A DNA stretch of 64,000 bases. It comes from a virus. The notes under the pieces were generated by a model. That model was given only the letters and a program-made list of their open reading frames with translations. It searched no databases and was not told where the DNA came from. Location: IMG/VR virus record IMGVR_UViG_3300008267_007212; one strand, 5' to 3'. Positions within the stretch are counted from its first letter, which is position 1, and every line of letters begins with the position of its first letter. The position numbers and the translations under genes were made by a program. This document shows, piece by piece, positions 21,350 through 31,451 of the stretch.

Positions 21350-21360
21350 CTTCTAATCTA

Positions 21361-24300
21361 TTAATTAATTATAGTATTTACCGTTAAATTTTGTATGTTT
21401 AATTGTGCTGCGGTAATGGCGCTGATAATTTCAATATTTTCTACTGTTGCACAACTTATTAAAATTTCATTAGGTTCACTGTTAATCTGCTGCAATGATC
21501 CATACGTTTGACTAGTGCTATTAGGTACAATAATAATGCTGCTAATATTAGGAGCCAGACCTTGCTGAATAAACGTCGATAGTTCAGTGAAATAAAATGT
21601 TTCACCAAAATCCCAATTTCCTACAGCAAAAAATGCATTAATATATGCAAGAACTTGACTTCGAATTTCGCTGTCAGATAAATTAATATTCGAATTTTTA
21701 ATAATCTTGAATGTAGCTTGAAGCTCGGGTCTGGCTTTGCTGCCAAATAACGGCTTAAAAACTGCGGCATTATAAATGATAGCGTCACTGACTGATTTAT
21801 AATTTTCTAGATTCCCAAATGCTAGTTTCAGACTTTCTCCTGTTTCTTTTTCAGGTTCTTGAACTTTTCCGGTAGTATCTAATATCCATGATCTGTATTC
21901 TGTTTCATATTCTTTGGTTAATACATACATATCTATTAGATTACTTGGACTTGGATCTATTCTTCTACTTCCTGGAGCATTGTGTTTATATTGAAAATAT
22001 AAAGGCAAGCGGCCAACTCTTGCAATATAATCGTTGCTTTCAGTTAATGATCGTGCATTAAGATTGATAGTTAAAACATAAAAAATTTCTTCTTCATATG
22101 CATAAAAAATTTGCCCTTCGGTATAGTTATTAATATTTGGAATAATATCAAATTGATTTCCAACTATTACCACAGACGATGAAAGAATGGGAGTAAATGT
22201 TACAAAACTATTATATCCGTAAGTTTTTTTAAAGAAAACAAACTTAGTAGGGGGATCATTATTCACATCAGGTTGTACTATGGTGTTAAAAATGTCTGGA
22301 TCGTCAGGCACACCGTCGTTATTAATATCGCTATATGTAACTAATACTTTGCTAGCGTTTACATAACCATCAGATTCTGCAATTTGATCGTATATGTACC
22401 ATAAAACGTTTTCGGTTAACGGCTGTCCTGTATCTGGATCTCCGTTAACTTTTAGAACATTTACGCTATCATTGACTGTAAAGCCAGTTATAGGATCAAA
22501 AATCTTTACTTTATTGTCAAAATAGAATTTTGTTTCTTGTATGCTTTCAAAAATATAACTTAATCCTCTAATTTGCACAGTGTAAATAGAATTCGAAACA
22601 GTAAAGCTTAATAGCCAGCTTGCATCTAAATTCTGGCCGCTGGTAGAACCTTGATAAATTTGACTAAAGGGATCTGTCAGATTTAAATCTTGGGCACTAA
22701 CAGTTTGCCAAGTTTGAGTATTTTGATCATAGCGAATTCCAAATTCACTGTAGTTACTGATTAATCCTATCAGCTTAGATATAAATTCTGTTGTAAACGT
22801 ATTACTAAATGTAGGTATCACGGTGATAGCTTGGGCGTTCGACGGTAAATTTAAACTTAACTTAACAGGGCCTTCTCCGTTGCTTAAATTACCCTGATTG
22901 CCATTGCCTATTAAGCTAGTAATAGAAACATATAGTAAAGGTTGTCCGTTTTGTGGCACTTGTCCATTAGCGGGCAAAGGCACTATTTCATTACCAGAAT
23001 TAAAATAATTACCAGCACCCGGACTGAATACTATAATACAACCTTCTGTTAAATATCTATTATTACCCACAACCCCTGATCCTATAGCAACTTTATTTCC
23101 AGAAATCGGAAAATCTAGAAAATAACCAGTGCTACTGCCAGACCCTGCAGTACTTCGATTCCAATACAAACTGGTCAGCGAAAATCTGTTAAAATATTCA
23201 TAATAAAAATGTTGCAAGGTTTTACTACGTATGTCTGGCAGGATTTGATTTTCAATGATTCTATTAATATCTGCAGTTGTACTGAAAGTGAAACTAAAAC
23301 TAGAATCAGCATCTTCTTTATAAAGAATTCCATCTTCTGAAAAAATATTGGTACTGCTATATCTACCGCTGGTGTCGAATATATCCAAATATCTACTAAT
23401 TCCGCTACTAGTTCTATTAACTGATTTGACTTTACTGATTGTACTATAGTTTGCATAAGGAAAAGTATTATAATCTTCTCCGGTAATCATACGATTTTGT
23501 GTATAATACAGTTGCGGTGCTTTAGTTTTAATTTCAGTGATACTTTCCCTGGGGACAGCATTAGCAACTGTGTATTTTAAACTAGCCACAATTGTCAATG
23601 TTTCTAATCTACCAGCACGACTGACATATGGTATAGTTAAACGAATGTTAGTCATTTCGTCTGGGGTAATCTTATAACTTAGTCCAGTGCTAGTTCTAAA
23701 ATATGTCACAAAACTTCCCACAGGGATGGCAGAAAAAGTGCCGTCACCGAATACTAGATCAATTTGATCTCCTGCTCTTGTATTAACCTGATAGCTTTTT
23801 TGTGCTGCATTATTGTTATAGATAATGTTAACCCCGTTAACACTGGGAATTTGATTCCACAATTGTCCGACGTTGCCCAAGCTACCAATTTCATATAGCC
23901 AAACATCCGAATTATTAATATTATCAAAGTTAATACTAGCTAAATTATTAGGTAAACTTTCAGGAAATCTAAAAGTCTGCGTTTGTAAATTTCCTTGTTT
24001 AAAATAAAAGAAAAATCCTGTATTATTGCTAGCATTGCCTAAATTGTCATTTTTATAAATTACATTAAGAGGTCTGCCTGGTGCAGGTGCTGCTTCATAT
24101 ATATAACTTTCATCTACACTGGTGCCGCTGACAACTTCAAAATTTAAGGAAGCATTTTCAATTTGCGTGTTGTATCCAAAAACTGGCAGTGTGCCCGAGG
24201 GCAAATTTATATTATATTCTGCATTTAATACCCCAGCAATAGTATTACTGTTGGCAGGTTTACCTACTTGCTGATTGGTCGGTAAAGCTGCATTAATTAT

Positions 24301-24774
24301 TGTGATAAACTGTTCATACCAATTAACATTTCCGTTGTCGTTCCAGTTTACAATAAGATTAGTAAGATCAATCCCGTTGCTGTCTTGTAATCTTTCAGTG
24401 GTTTGTACACTGTCGAATTTTATAAAACCATTGGCCGTTTGATTACGTTTAGGCACATAGCTAATTAGTTTAGCTAGTTTTAAAACACTGTCTCTACGTT
24501 CTGCTGTATCAATAAAATTTTCACGAGCGTTTAAATCTGTACGAAATGCAAGACTCTGTCCTAAAAATGCAATAAGGTCAATTAATGCAACATATTCGCT
24601 GGATTCGATAAAATCGTTAAAATTTTCTGGATAGTATATGCGTAGATAATCCAGCATTGTTTTACGCAAAGTTTGAAAATCATAACTTTGAAAATCTGCG
24701 TTTCTGAAAGTTTCGTAAAGAATAGTCCAGTCTTGATTGACTAAAAGACTACTTTGTCTAGTTGTAAGTGCCAT
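21361..24774 (-). CDS. gp6: Baseplate wedge subunit, T4 gp6-like
   Basis: DFQTLR..YLR, LNARENFIDTAERRDSVLKLAKLISYVP, LVFGDG, ESITEIKTKAP..YYTQNRMITGEDY. Confidence 0.85.
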   Translation of the reverse strand: MALTTRQSSLLVNQDWTILYETFRNADFQSYDFQTLRKTMLDYLRIYYPENFNDFIESSEYVALIDLIAFLGQSLAFRTDLNARENFIDTAERRDSVLKLAKLISYVPKRNQTANGFIKFDSVQTTERLQDSNGIDLTNLIVNWNDNGNVNWYEQFITIINAALPTNQQVGKPANSNTIAGVLNAEYNINLPSGTLPVFGYNTQIENASLNFEVVSGTSVDESYIYEAAPAPGRPLNVIYKNDNLGNASNNTGFFFYFKQGNLQTQTFRFPESLPNNLASINFDNINNSDVWLYEIGSLGNVGQLWNQIPSVNGVNIIYNNNAAQKSYQVNTRAGDQIDLVFGDGTFSAIPVGSFVTYFRTSTGLSYKITPDEMTNIRLTIPYVSRAGRLETLTIVASLKYTVANAVPRESITEIKTKAPQLYYTQNRMITGEDYNTFPYANYSTISKVKSVNRTSSGISRYLDIFDTSGRYSSTNIFSEDGILYKEDADSSFSFTFSTTADINRIIENQILPDIRSKTLQHFYYEYFNRFSLTSLYWNRSTAGSGSSTGYFLDFPISGNKVAIGSGVVGNNRYLTEGCIIVFSPGAGNYFNSGNEIVPLPANGQVPQNGQPLLYVSITSLIGNGNQGNLSNGEGPVKLSLNLPSNAQAITVIPTFSNTFTTEFISKLIGLISNYSEFGIRYDQNTQTWQTVSAQDLNLTDPFSQIYQGSTSGQNLDASWLLSFTVSNSIYTVQIRGLSYIFESIQETKFYFDNKVKIFDPITGFTVNDSVNVLKVNGDPDTGQPLTENVLWYIYDQIAESDGYVNASKVLVTYSDINNDGVPDDPDIFNTIVQPDVNNDPPTKFVFFKKTYGYNSFVTFTPILSSSVVIVGNQFDIIPNINNYTEGQIFYAYEEEIFYVLTINLNARSLTESNDYIARVGRLPLYFQYKHNAPGSRRIDPSPSNLIDMYVLTKEYETEYRSWILDTTGKVQEPEKETGESLKLAFGNLENYKSVSDAIIYNAAVFKPLFGSKARPELQATFKIIKNSNINLSDSEIRSQVLAYINAFFAVGNWDFGETFYFTELSTFIQQGLAPNISSIIIVPNSTSQTYGSLQQINSEPNEILISCATVENIEIISAITAAQLNIQNLTVNTIIN

Positions 24775-24819
24775 GCCTGTCCTCGTTTTATGTATTTATT
24801 GAGAACAAAATATGGTATT

Positions 24820-25197
24820 TTAAAGCATTGAATTATTCTGAATCATTTGCTGATCAAATTGCACAGCCAATTTAGCAGTCTGATTTGTTTGGATATAAAT
24901 CAGATCTAATTCTATTTGTAATCCTCTCTCATACTGAGTTACAATTACATTCTGGGCTGCAATCCTCGGATCGTTTGCAACAATACGTTTTATGTCCTGT
25001 ATTATTGTAGTTTTGCTTTCTTCGTTCAACGGTTCGAATATCATATCCCATATGATAGTGCCGAACTCGGGATTCATTAACTTTTCGCCTTTGCGAATGT
25101 TAAAATGATTTTGTAGATCTCGTTTTACTAATTCAAAATCGGTTAGTCGAAATCTTTTGTTACTTTCTAATGTGCTGAATCCGTTATATAGTGCCAT
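24820..25197 (-). CDS. gp25: Baseplate wedge subunit, gp25-like
   Basis: RKGEKLMNPEFGTIIWDMIFEP...DPRI, the typical gp25/GPW motif. Confidence 0.9.
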   Translation of the reverse strand: MALYNGFSTLESNKRFRLTDFELVKRDLQNHFNIRKGEKLMNPEFGTIIWDMIFEPLNEESKTTIIQDIKRIVANDPRIAAQNVIVTQYERGLQIELDLIYIQTNQTAKLAVQFDQQMIQNNSML

Positions 25198-25205
25198 AGC
25201 TATAT

Positions 25206-27365
25206 TTACCCTATACTAGTTATATTAGAGCTTTCAACACTAGCTTTTATAATAGGAACCTGTGTTTGACTATACTTTCCGCGATTATAAAAGGTTGTAG
25301 CAGAAGTGCCATTGGCATCAGTGGTAGACTGACCTGTTTTGTACCAATTAGTTGCAGCTTCTGGTCCGACTAAATGTGCAGCACTAACTATTCCTGCAAT
25401 ATCTTCTGCTGAACTATCTGCTGTAATAATACCATTTTTTTGTAATCTTGCATAATTATTTTTGGTATAGTTATACATTGCTTTTTCTTGAATGGTTCCA
25501 TTTTCTCTGAATGCGTCTGAACTCGATATACCATCTTTTCCAGTCCAATTATTAGGATTACTTAATGCTTCTGCGGTCTGCGGAGTCCCAGCTTTAACAT
25601 AACCCAAATCTTGTAAATCTTTTGATCCCAACAGATACTTGCCTTGATATCCATTTGCATTTTGTGTTTGGTATGACCCTTCACTTTCACTGTACCCGAT
25701 CTGTGCCATAAGAGCCCTGACTTGATTCTTATCCAAATTTCCCATGCTATCAATGGGTTCGGGCTGAGCAATAAAAATTCCAGCCGAAGCTGCTCCTGTT
25801 AAGTTTTCTCTATCTGCTTGAGCAGGACCCACAACTGTGATATCAGCAGGAGGATTTATAGGATCTCCCAATACATCTTTTGGTAAAGTAGACACTGTTT
25901 GTGCTTGATTTTGAAAAATTGCTGTTGCGTCACCTCTGATATATGGTTCGTGAGTCGGTACTTTATAATTTGTAGAAATTAAAGAATTTTGTTGGGCGAA
26001 CCAAATACCTGGACTAACAACTTTAGCGTCAGGCAATTGATATAAATTAATTCTACTAGGAGGATTTATTTCTGCTCCGCCACCACCACCGCCATTTAAT
26101 GCTATAGCAGCACCGTTGACTGCAATAGAGCCACCTGCTCGTATACCCATAGATTGTTGAGCAACCAAAGACAGCCCCGATCCGCTTCTTAACTGTGCTT
26201 GTTTACCGTACAAATTTAATGCAGTTTCTGCACTGGCTTGAACTAATTGTCCTGCCATTTTAACACTGCCCACTGCTTGCATGTTAATATTACGACCTGC
26301 AAAGAAGCTAATATTGTTATCACTGTGCATCATAATATTGCCCTGAGTTCGCAATGCAAAATCTTTTGCACCATATACTAGAATGTCGCCTTCTTTAGTA
26401 AGTTCTATCCATGCAGTGCCGTTGGAATTTGCAACATATATAAAGCCTTCTGTGTCATTTAACATTATTTGATGACCCATGGCTGTTTTTAGTCTGACTA
26501 AATTATCTTTACCGAATAAATCGCCGTCATCCATGACAAAACTATGGCCGCCCACTCTTGTTGTAACAACATACGTCGCAGGATTAAATTCTCCTGACAC
26601 TAATTTTTGTGCGATATTAGGATCTGTAGCAGGATCTTGACTACCAAATGGGCGGCCTGGTGTACTGAATCCGAATACTGAACTGACTGGGTCTCTTTGA
26701 CTGCTACTACTAATGGCTCCCCGAACATTGTCGCTGTCTAATCCTTGCACAATTAATCTGATTGTTTGTGGAATGTGCAGTGGTTTTTTTAGATTAGGAA
26801 GAAAACCGGCTTTACCGTATACATCTGCGCTTTCCACTGTTTCTGCCACAGGATAAAACTTTCCTGGCAACAAGTAAGGCCCTACTCCTGATTCAGAAAT
26901 ACTTTCTGGTGAAATATAACTAAGTTCCACCGACCCAATTGCTGGAGTCATATTTCTTGTAATCGAAGAATTTACGCACGCAAACCAATACCCCTCTTGG
27001 CTTCCTGGAACAAAACAACACAAGACTTCCGTGCCGATATCCGGCGGGCTCATATAAAATCCATAACTCTGAGTCGAATCTGAAAACTTATTTTGATTTG
27101 CCTTAGGTTGTGTGTATTCCCCTAATCTACTAGACGTGCTGCCCATAAAAGGGCTGGCATATGATACTAGTTTCCACGATGACGGAAGATCAGGATTTGC
27201 GCCGCCGAACTGTGGTATAAAGACTTGCAGTCTTCCTGACCTAGTATTAGTGTCAATGGCTTTTACTTTTCCAATATATATTCCGCTGGGTTGCGGAATA
27301 TCCATTTTTGTAGTGTCGATGAACGTGGGGTGTTTTGTACCCAAATATGGTTGATTGTATGACAT
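25206..27365 (-). CDS. gp5: Baseplate hub spike (gp5/VgrG-like) with C-terminal lysozyme/lytic-transglycosylase-like domain
   Basis: OB-fold start GIYIGKV..SGRLQVFIP, PPDIGTEV; GHSFVMDD and GHQIMLND beta-helix; C-terminal SESEGSY..N..GYQGKY and AAHLVG. Confidence 0.75.
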   Translation of the reverse strand: MSYNQPYLGTKHPTFIDTTKMDIPQPSGIYIGKVKAIDTNTRSGRLQVFIPQFGGANPDLPSSWKLVSYASPFMGSTSSRLGEYTQPKANQNKFSDSTQSYGFYMSPPDIGTEVLCCFVPGSQEGYWFACVNSSITRNMTPAIGSVELSYISPESISESGVGPYLLPGKFYPVAETVESADVYGKAGFLPNLKKPLHIPQTIRLIVQGLDSDNVRGAISSSSQRDPVSSVFGFSTPGRPFGSQDPATDPNIAQKLVSGEFNPATYVVTTRVGGHSFVMDDGDLFGKDNLVRLKTAMGHQIMLNDTEGFIYVANSNGTAWIELTKEGDILVYGAKDFALRTQGNIMMHSDNNISFFAGRNINMQAVGSVKMAGQLVQASAETALNLYGKQAQLRSGSGLSLVAQQSMGIRAGGSIAVNGAAIALNGGGGGGAEINPPSRINLYQLPDAKVVSPGIWFAQQNSLISTNYKVPTHEPYIRGDATAIFQNQAQTVSTLPKDVLGDPINPPADITVVGPAQADRENLTGAASAGIFIAQPEPIDSMGNLDKNQVRALMAQIGYSESEGSYQTQNANGYQGKYLLGSKDLQDLGYVKAGTPQTAEALSNPNNWTGKDGISSSDAFRENGTIQEKAMYNYTKNNYARLQKNGIITADSSAEDIAGIVSAAHLVGPEAATNWYKTGQSTTDANGTSATTFYNRGKYSQTQVPIIKASVESSNITSIG

Positions 27366-27368
27366 AAT

Positions 27369-30143
27369 TTAAATGAAATTAGTAAAGTCGCCGAATTCTA
27401 AATCGCTCAAACTTGCAAATGCTTCGGTTACATCAATATCCGTCACTCCAACATCCAAATCAAAATTGCCAATTGAGTCGAAACCAGACGCATAGTCCAG
27501 TGCTCCCGCGTATTTAAAATCTCCAATGGAATCAAAACTAGTATTGTAGTCTACTCCCAATGCACCTTGACTTTTAAATATATCAGTAATTCCAGTTGTT
27601 ATTTTATCTACTGCAATATTTACACCTCGGCCAACAACGTTATTAATTAAAGATCCTGCTACCTGCGCCCCAATAGCTTGAAGGAAACTTCCACCTTGTC
27701 CATTTGCTAGTGCCGCGGCGCCTTGTACTGCAAGATTTACCGCTGCTGAAGAATTAGTAGCTGGAAGCAAAGAAGAAATATTAGTTCTTGGACCTGCAAA
27801 TCTGATTGCTGTATTCACTGTTGGAGTTAACGCATTTGACAATGCAGTTTCTGTTCTTTGTGTAACGGAAGAAGGTACCACTGGCTTTCCTTCTTGATCA
27901 TATAATAGTTTTGCCAACGTCAATGATTGTTCAAATTTTCCATTAGAAAAAGAATTGTCAACGGTAATTATTTTATAAACTCCGCTAAATTCGCTGTATC
28001 TATATCTACTAGATGCTACATCTGCTATACCTGTGGTTTCGTCATAGTCCACTGGACTTTGAAAATTTACAAATACATATAGCTCTCCGCCGTCCATGTA
28101 TAAACTACTGCCTGAACTGTTATTTAAAAATTGACCTGATGGAGTATCCAATCCTTGTCCCATGAATAAATCATCTTGTTTAATAAATTGCGGATCCCCT
28201 ACAATTTTTAAATTTAATGTTATCATGTCACCTTTGGCCCCTAGCATCAAAGATCTCTGTAGATCTCCTGCGTCTGCAGATGCCTGTGGCAGTCCACCAG
28301 CTCTCATAGTCGTTGCGACATTGTCACTGACTAGTCCTATAGAAATTGGCGCAACATTCTCTTGTGGTCTTTCTTCAGTGTTGGGATTAGGGTAAGCATT
28401 AGCATCGGGTCTAATAGGAGTTCCTGTTTGCGATTGTGTACTTTTTGTACGATTTGTGGTCATCTCTACTAGATATAAAGTGTTAAAATCTATTTGTAAA
28501 TCGAGTACGTCTTTATTTTTTCCCGTAAAAATATAATCATATTTTTTTACAAATCCAGGCACACGGCCTTTGGGATAAAATGGATGTTTAGCAGATAAGT
28601 TATATGGCTTTACATAAAATATAATGTCCATGCTATATCTGTTTTGTGTTGGATCATAATCTCTAATAAGGATACTAGGAATGATTCTAAACCATTTTAG
28701 CCACGTGATGGTATTAGGGTTTCCGCCTGACTGAATACTTTCCCGTTGTTGTTTTGTTATTGATGGATCTTTCAATTGATCGCTGATATATTCACTGTTT
28801 CTAACTGCCCAATCGATCATTCTGTCAATAGTGGTGCCCGCAGGAATATTTACGGTTGCTCCGTCGAATCGAAGCCCGCCTTTAGCAGCTCCTGATGCTG
28901 CTTGAATTTGTGATCTTTGTGCGGCAGTCGACGTTCCGCTGGCTGGAGCTCCAGCTGCATTAACAGGACCTGTATATAATTTACGGTTGCCTATTTTTTC
29001 ATCAAACACAACCCTAACAGTGTTGACTATAGATATTTGTTTTTGTACTTTTAATGAACTAAAATAACTATTGATAGCGGCGCAGAATCCAGTTATTCCA
29101 AAACTTGAATATTCATTGTTTAATTGACTGGTCAAATCGCTTATTCGGGCCCGGGTGTCAGCCGCAATGCTGGCATCAATTGGATCGCCAGACGCTGCAA
29201 ATTGTCTAGATTCTTCATTAAGGTTTGTAATTTGTCTTTCGATATCAGATCTTCGAAATAGATTTACATAAAATTTACCGTCTTCAGCTGATACTTCAGC
29301 CGGACCACCAAATATTTGACTGACTGTAGTGGCTGTAACTGTTGTGCTAACAGGTAAGCTTACATTTATTTGATTAAATGCCTGATGATTAAATGGCACT
29401 GCATCAATTTGATATTCTGTGCCTTTTGATGTTAATCTAGACTTGATATTAGTTATTCTAATAGGAATAAATTTTGAATGTTCTTTGAGTGGCCCGGGCG
29501 AGCCCCCGTCGACACTGCCAAAAAAATCAATTTGTAACATGTAAGGCATATGGATGTAACTACCTGTCCCGGGATTAACCCTACTAGCAGCCTCTAACAT
29601 TCTATTAATTAGTGTAAACCCCAATGGCTCGATAATTGTAAAACTACATTCAATTAAGTTACTGTTTCTATTTCTGGAAGTAGTATTAACTATGGTTTTT
29701 ACTTTTAAGTTTTCGAAATAAAAATCTTCTTCAAATGCAGGGTCTCGTCTGAAAGTTTCCCCGTATCTTCCTGCACTACTGATTAAAACATTTTGCGGTA
29801 CATACTTTTTTTGTAATGAACTATCTCTGCTGATCAAATTATTATAGTTTTGTATTCCCATTAAATGCAGGCTTAGACAATAAGTGTAAGAATCATATTC
29901 TAACAATGGGTTATCAACTACACCTTGTCTGGCATTAGAGCCTATAAAAGCAGTGGTGTCAAATATTGCACGACCTTCTGCGTCACGTATTTGTGCCAAC
30001 TCAGCTTCATTAGCTGCATCTATTGCCTCATCACCCACAGCTGGAATTAGATCTATCGCAGGAGTGGCAATATTTTGTCTCTCAGCTAACGAAATAGCAA
30101 CAGCTGATGCGTTGATAGTATTTGACTCTAAGGGATTACTCAT
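27369..30143 (-). CDS. Baseplate hub protein (gp27/phage late control D-like)
   Basis: FTIIEPLG, KIVGDP, FSGVYKIITVDNSFSNGKFEQSLTL; located between the gp53-like and gp5-like genes. Confidence 0.6.
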   Translation of the reverse strand: MSNPLESNTINASAVAISLAERQNIATPAIDLIPAVGDEAIDAANEAELAQIRDAEGRAIFDTTAFIGSNARQGVVDNPLLEYDSYTYCLSLHLMGIQNYNNLISRDSSLQKKYVPQNVLISSAGRYGETFRRDPAFEEDFYFENLKVKTIVNTTSRNRNSNLIECSFTIIEPLGFTLINRMLEAASRVNPGTGSYIHMPYMLQIDFFGSVDGGSPGPLKEHSKFIPIRITNIKSRLTSKGTEYQIDAVPFNHQAFNQINVSLPVSTTVTATTVSQIFGGPAEVSAEDGKFYVNLFRRSDIERQITNLNEESRQFAASGDPIDASIAADTRARISDLTSQLNNEYSSFGITGFCAAINSYFSSLKVQKQISIVNTVRVVFDEKIGNRKLYTGPVNAAGAPASGTSTAAQRSQIQAASGAAKGGLRFDGATVNIPAGTTIDRMIDWAVRNSEYISDQLKDPSITKQQRESIQSGGNPNTITWLKWFRIIPSILIRDYDPTQNRYSMDIIFYVKPYNLSAKHPFYPKGRVPGFVKKYDYIFTGKNKDVLDLQIDFNTLYLVEMTTNRTKSTQSQTGTPIRPDANAYPNPNTEERPQENVAPISIGLVSDNVATTMRAGGLPQASADAGDLQRSLMLGAKGDMITLNLKIVGDPQFIKQDDLFMGQGLDTPSGQFLNNSSGSSLYMDGGELYVFVNFQSPVDYDETTGIADVASSRYRYSEFSGVYKIITVDNSFSNGKFEQSLTLAKLLYDQEGKPVVPSSVTQRTETALSNALTPTVNTAIRFAGPRTNISSLLPATNSSAAVNLAVQGAAALANGQGGSFLQAIGAQVAGSLINNVVGRGVNIAVDKITTGITDIFKSQGALGVDYNTSFDSIGDFKYAGALDYASGFDSIGNFDLDVGVTDIDVTEAFASLSDLEFGDFTNFI

Positions 30144-30147
30144 CTTA

Positions 30148-30450
30148 TTATCCGATGGCTCCAGTTATTGCAGCTTTCTTAGGCAAAAAAATTCTATTGC
30201 CTATTTTCATATCAAAAATAGGATCTTTAATAGTGTTAGGATTACGCAGTGCAAACACCCACCAGAGACCAGTATCTTCGTACAAATCGTATGCCAATAA
30301 ATCAGGTCTATATTGATAAGTTTTGTTTATAGCAAAAAGTACATCATCAGGATTCTTAGGTATTACTGGAAAATTGGCAAGATCTAAAAAGTCTCCATAA
30401 AAAGGTGTTTTAGAATATAAACTATTTTGAGCATATTGAATTTCGGCCAT
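30148..30450 (-). CDS. gp53: Baseplate wedge subunit, gp53-like (LysM-like)
   Basis: RPDLLAYDLYEDTGLWWVFALRN motif. Confidence 0.85.
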   Translation of the reverse strand: MAEIQYAQNSLYSKTPFYGDFLDLANFPVIPKNPDDVLFAINKTYQYRPDLLAYDLYEDTGLWWVFALRNPNTIKDPIFDMKIGNRIFLPKKAAITGAIG

Positions 30451-31340
30451 TATAGGAAACCTCCGATAGGTGAATTGCCATTCTGTATCAGCGCACCTCG
30501 CGAGAATCTGTCTAGTGTAAAGTTTCTAGCAATATTTTGTCTGCTGTATAAAGGTTGTAAGGTAATGTTCACTGTGCTGCTTGTTGGCAGTCGGACTGGG
30601 CCACCAAAGTTGACATTTGTTGGCAATTGCAATCCTGCACTACTCAATGAGGCACCCACTGGTATAGATACATAATCAACTTCTCCTGGCATAGTATGAC
30701 TGAATGATGTTACAACGCAGGGAACATGGGGAAGATATGCTGCTCCAAACCCATCTAAGAATACCAGTGGAGGAGGGCTGCCTGCATTTTGATCTGCTCC
30801 AAAAAACATTTTTGTCACAGTTCTAAAAAATTGTATTACTGCCATCAAATACTGACCTTCTTTAATATTTTGAACTGTAAATTCTCCATTTATATTAATG
30901 GAAGAAACTTCACTGCCTTCGTAGAAATAACTAGAATAATTACTGTGAGTTAATGGAGTAGAACCATATTTTGCATTATGCGTTATAGTAATAGACGGCG
31001 TATACGGAAATATAACTCCACTGGTTTCTCGCAATGGTCCAAGAATACTATTATCTATTCTATTATAAAATAAGTCAGCAGTTGGCCTTGCCATACTAAT
31101 TCGCACTCGCCAATCATATTGAGGGTCAATTGTTGATCCATCTGTACCATTAAAATTAACATTAAATACACTGCCGGCTATATCTGTCAGTAAACCATTA
31201 GCACCTGGGGCAAGTCCAGAATTTGCTAGCCTCGATCCGCTTGAAGACGCCGAGCCTGTAGAACCCGTTACGGAGGCTGGGCTGAAAAATGCGCTTTGGG
31301 CAGAACTATCCCCTGCAAAAGTAGAAGTATTATATGACAT
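30450..31340 (-). CDS. Baseplate-tail tube junction/initiator protein (gp48/gp54-like)
   Basis: VIFPYTPSI, GSPPPLVFL, VPCVVTSFS; adjacent to the gp53-like gene. Confidence 0.6.
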   Translation of the reverse strand: MSYNTSTFAGDSSAQSAFFSPASVTGSTGSASSSGSRLANSGLAPGANGLLTDIAGSVFNVNFNGTDGSTIDPQYDWRVRISMARPTADLFYNRIDNSILGPLRETSGVIFPYTPSITITHNAKYGSTPLTHSNYSSYFYEGSEVSSININGEFTVQNIKEGQYLMAVIQFFRTVTKMFFGADQNAGSPPPLVFLDGFGAAYLPHVPCVVTSFSHTMPGEVDYVSIPVGASLSSAGLQLPTNVNFGGPVRLPTSSTVNITLQPLYSRQNIARNFTLDRFSRGALIQNGNSPIGGFL

Positions 31341-31394
31341 TTGATACCCGTTTTAGATATTTATCGAACCAAAAATAGTAGCTTATTATTGGCA

Positions 31395-31424
31395 TTGACA
31401 TCACAACTTATAATATGTTAGTAT
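31395..31424 (+). promoter_or_regulatory. Sigma70-type promoter for the late sigma factor gene
   Basis: TTGACA (31395-31400), N18, extended -10 TGnTAGTAT; SD AAGGA before the ATG at 31452. Confidence 0.65.
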
Positions 31425-31451
31425 GTACCAACCGCAGATTTAAAGGATAAA

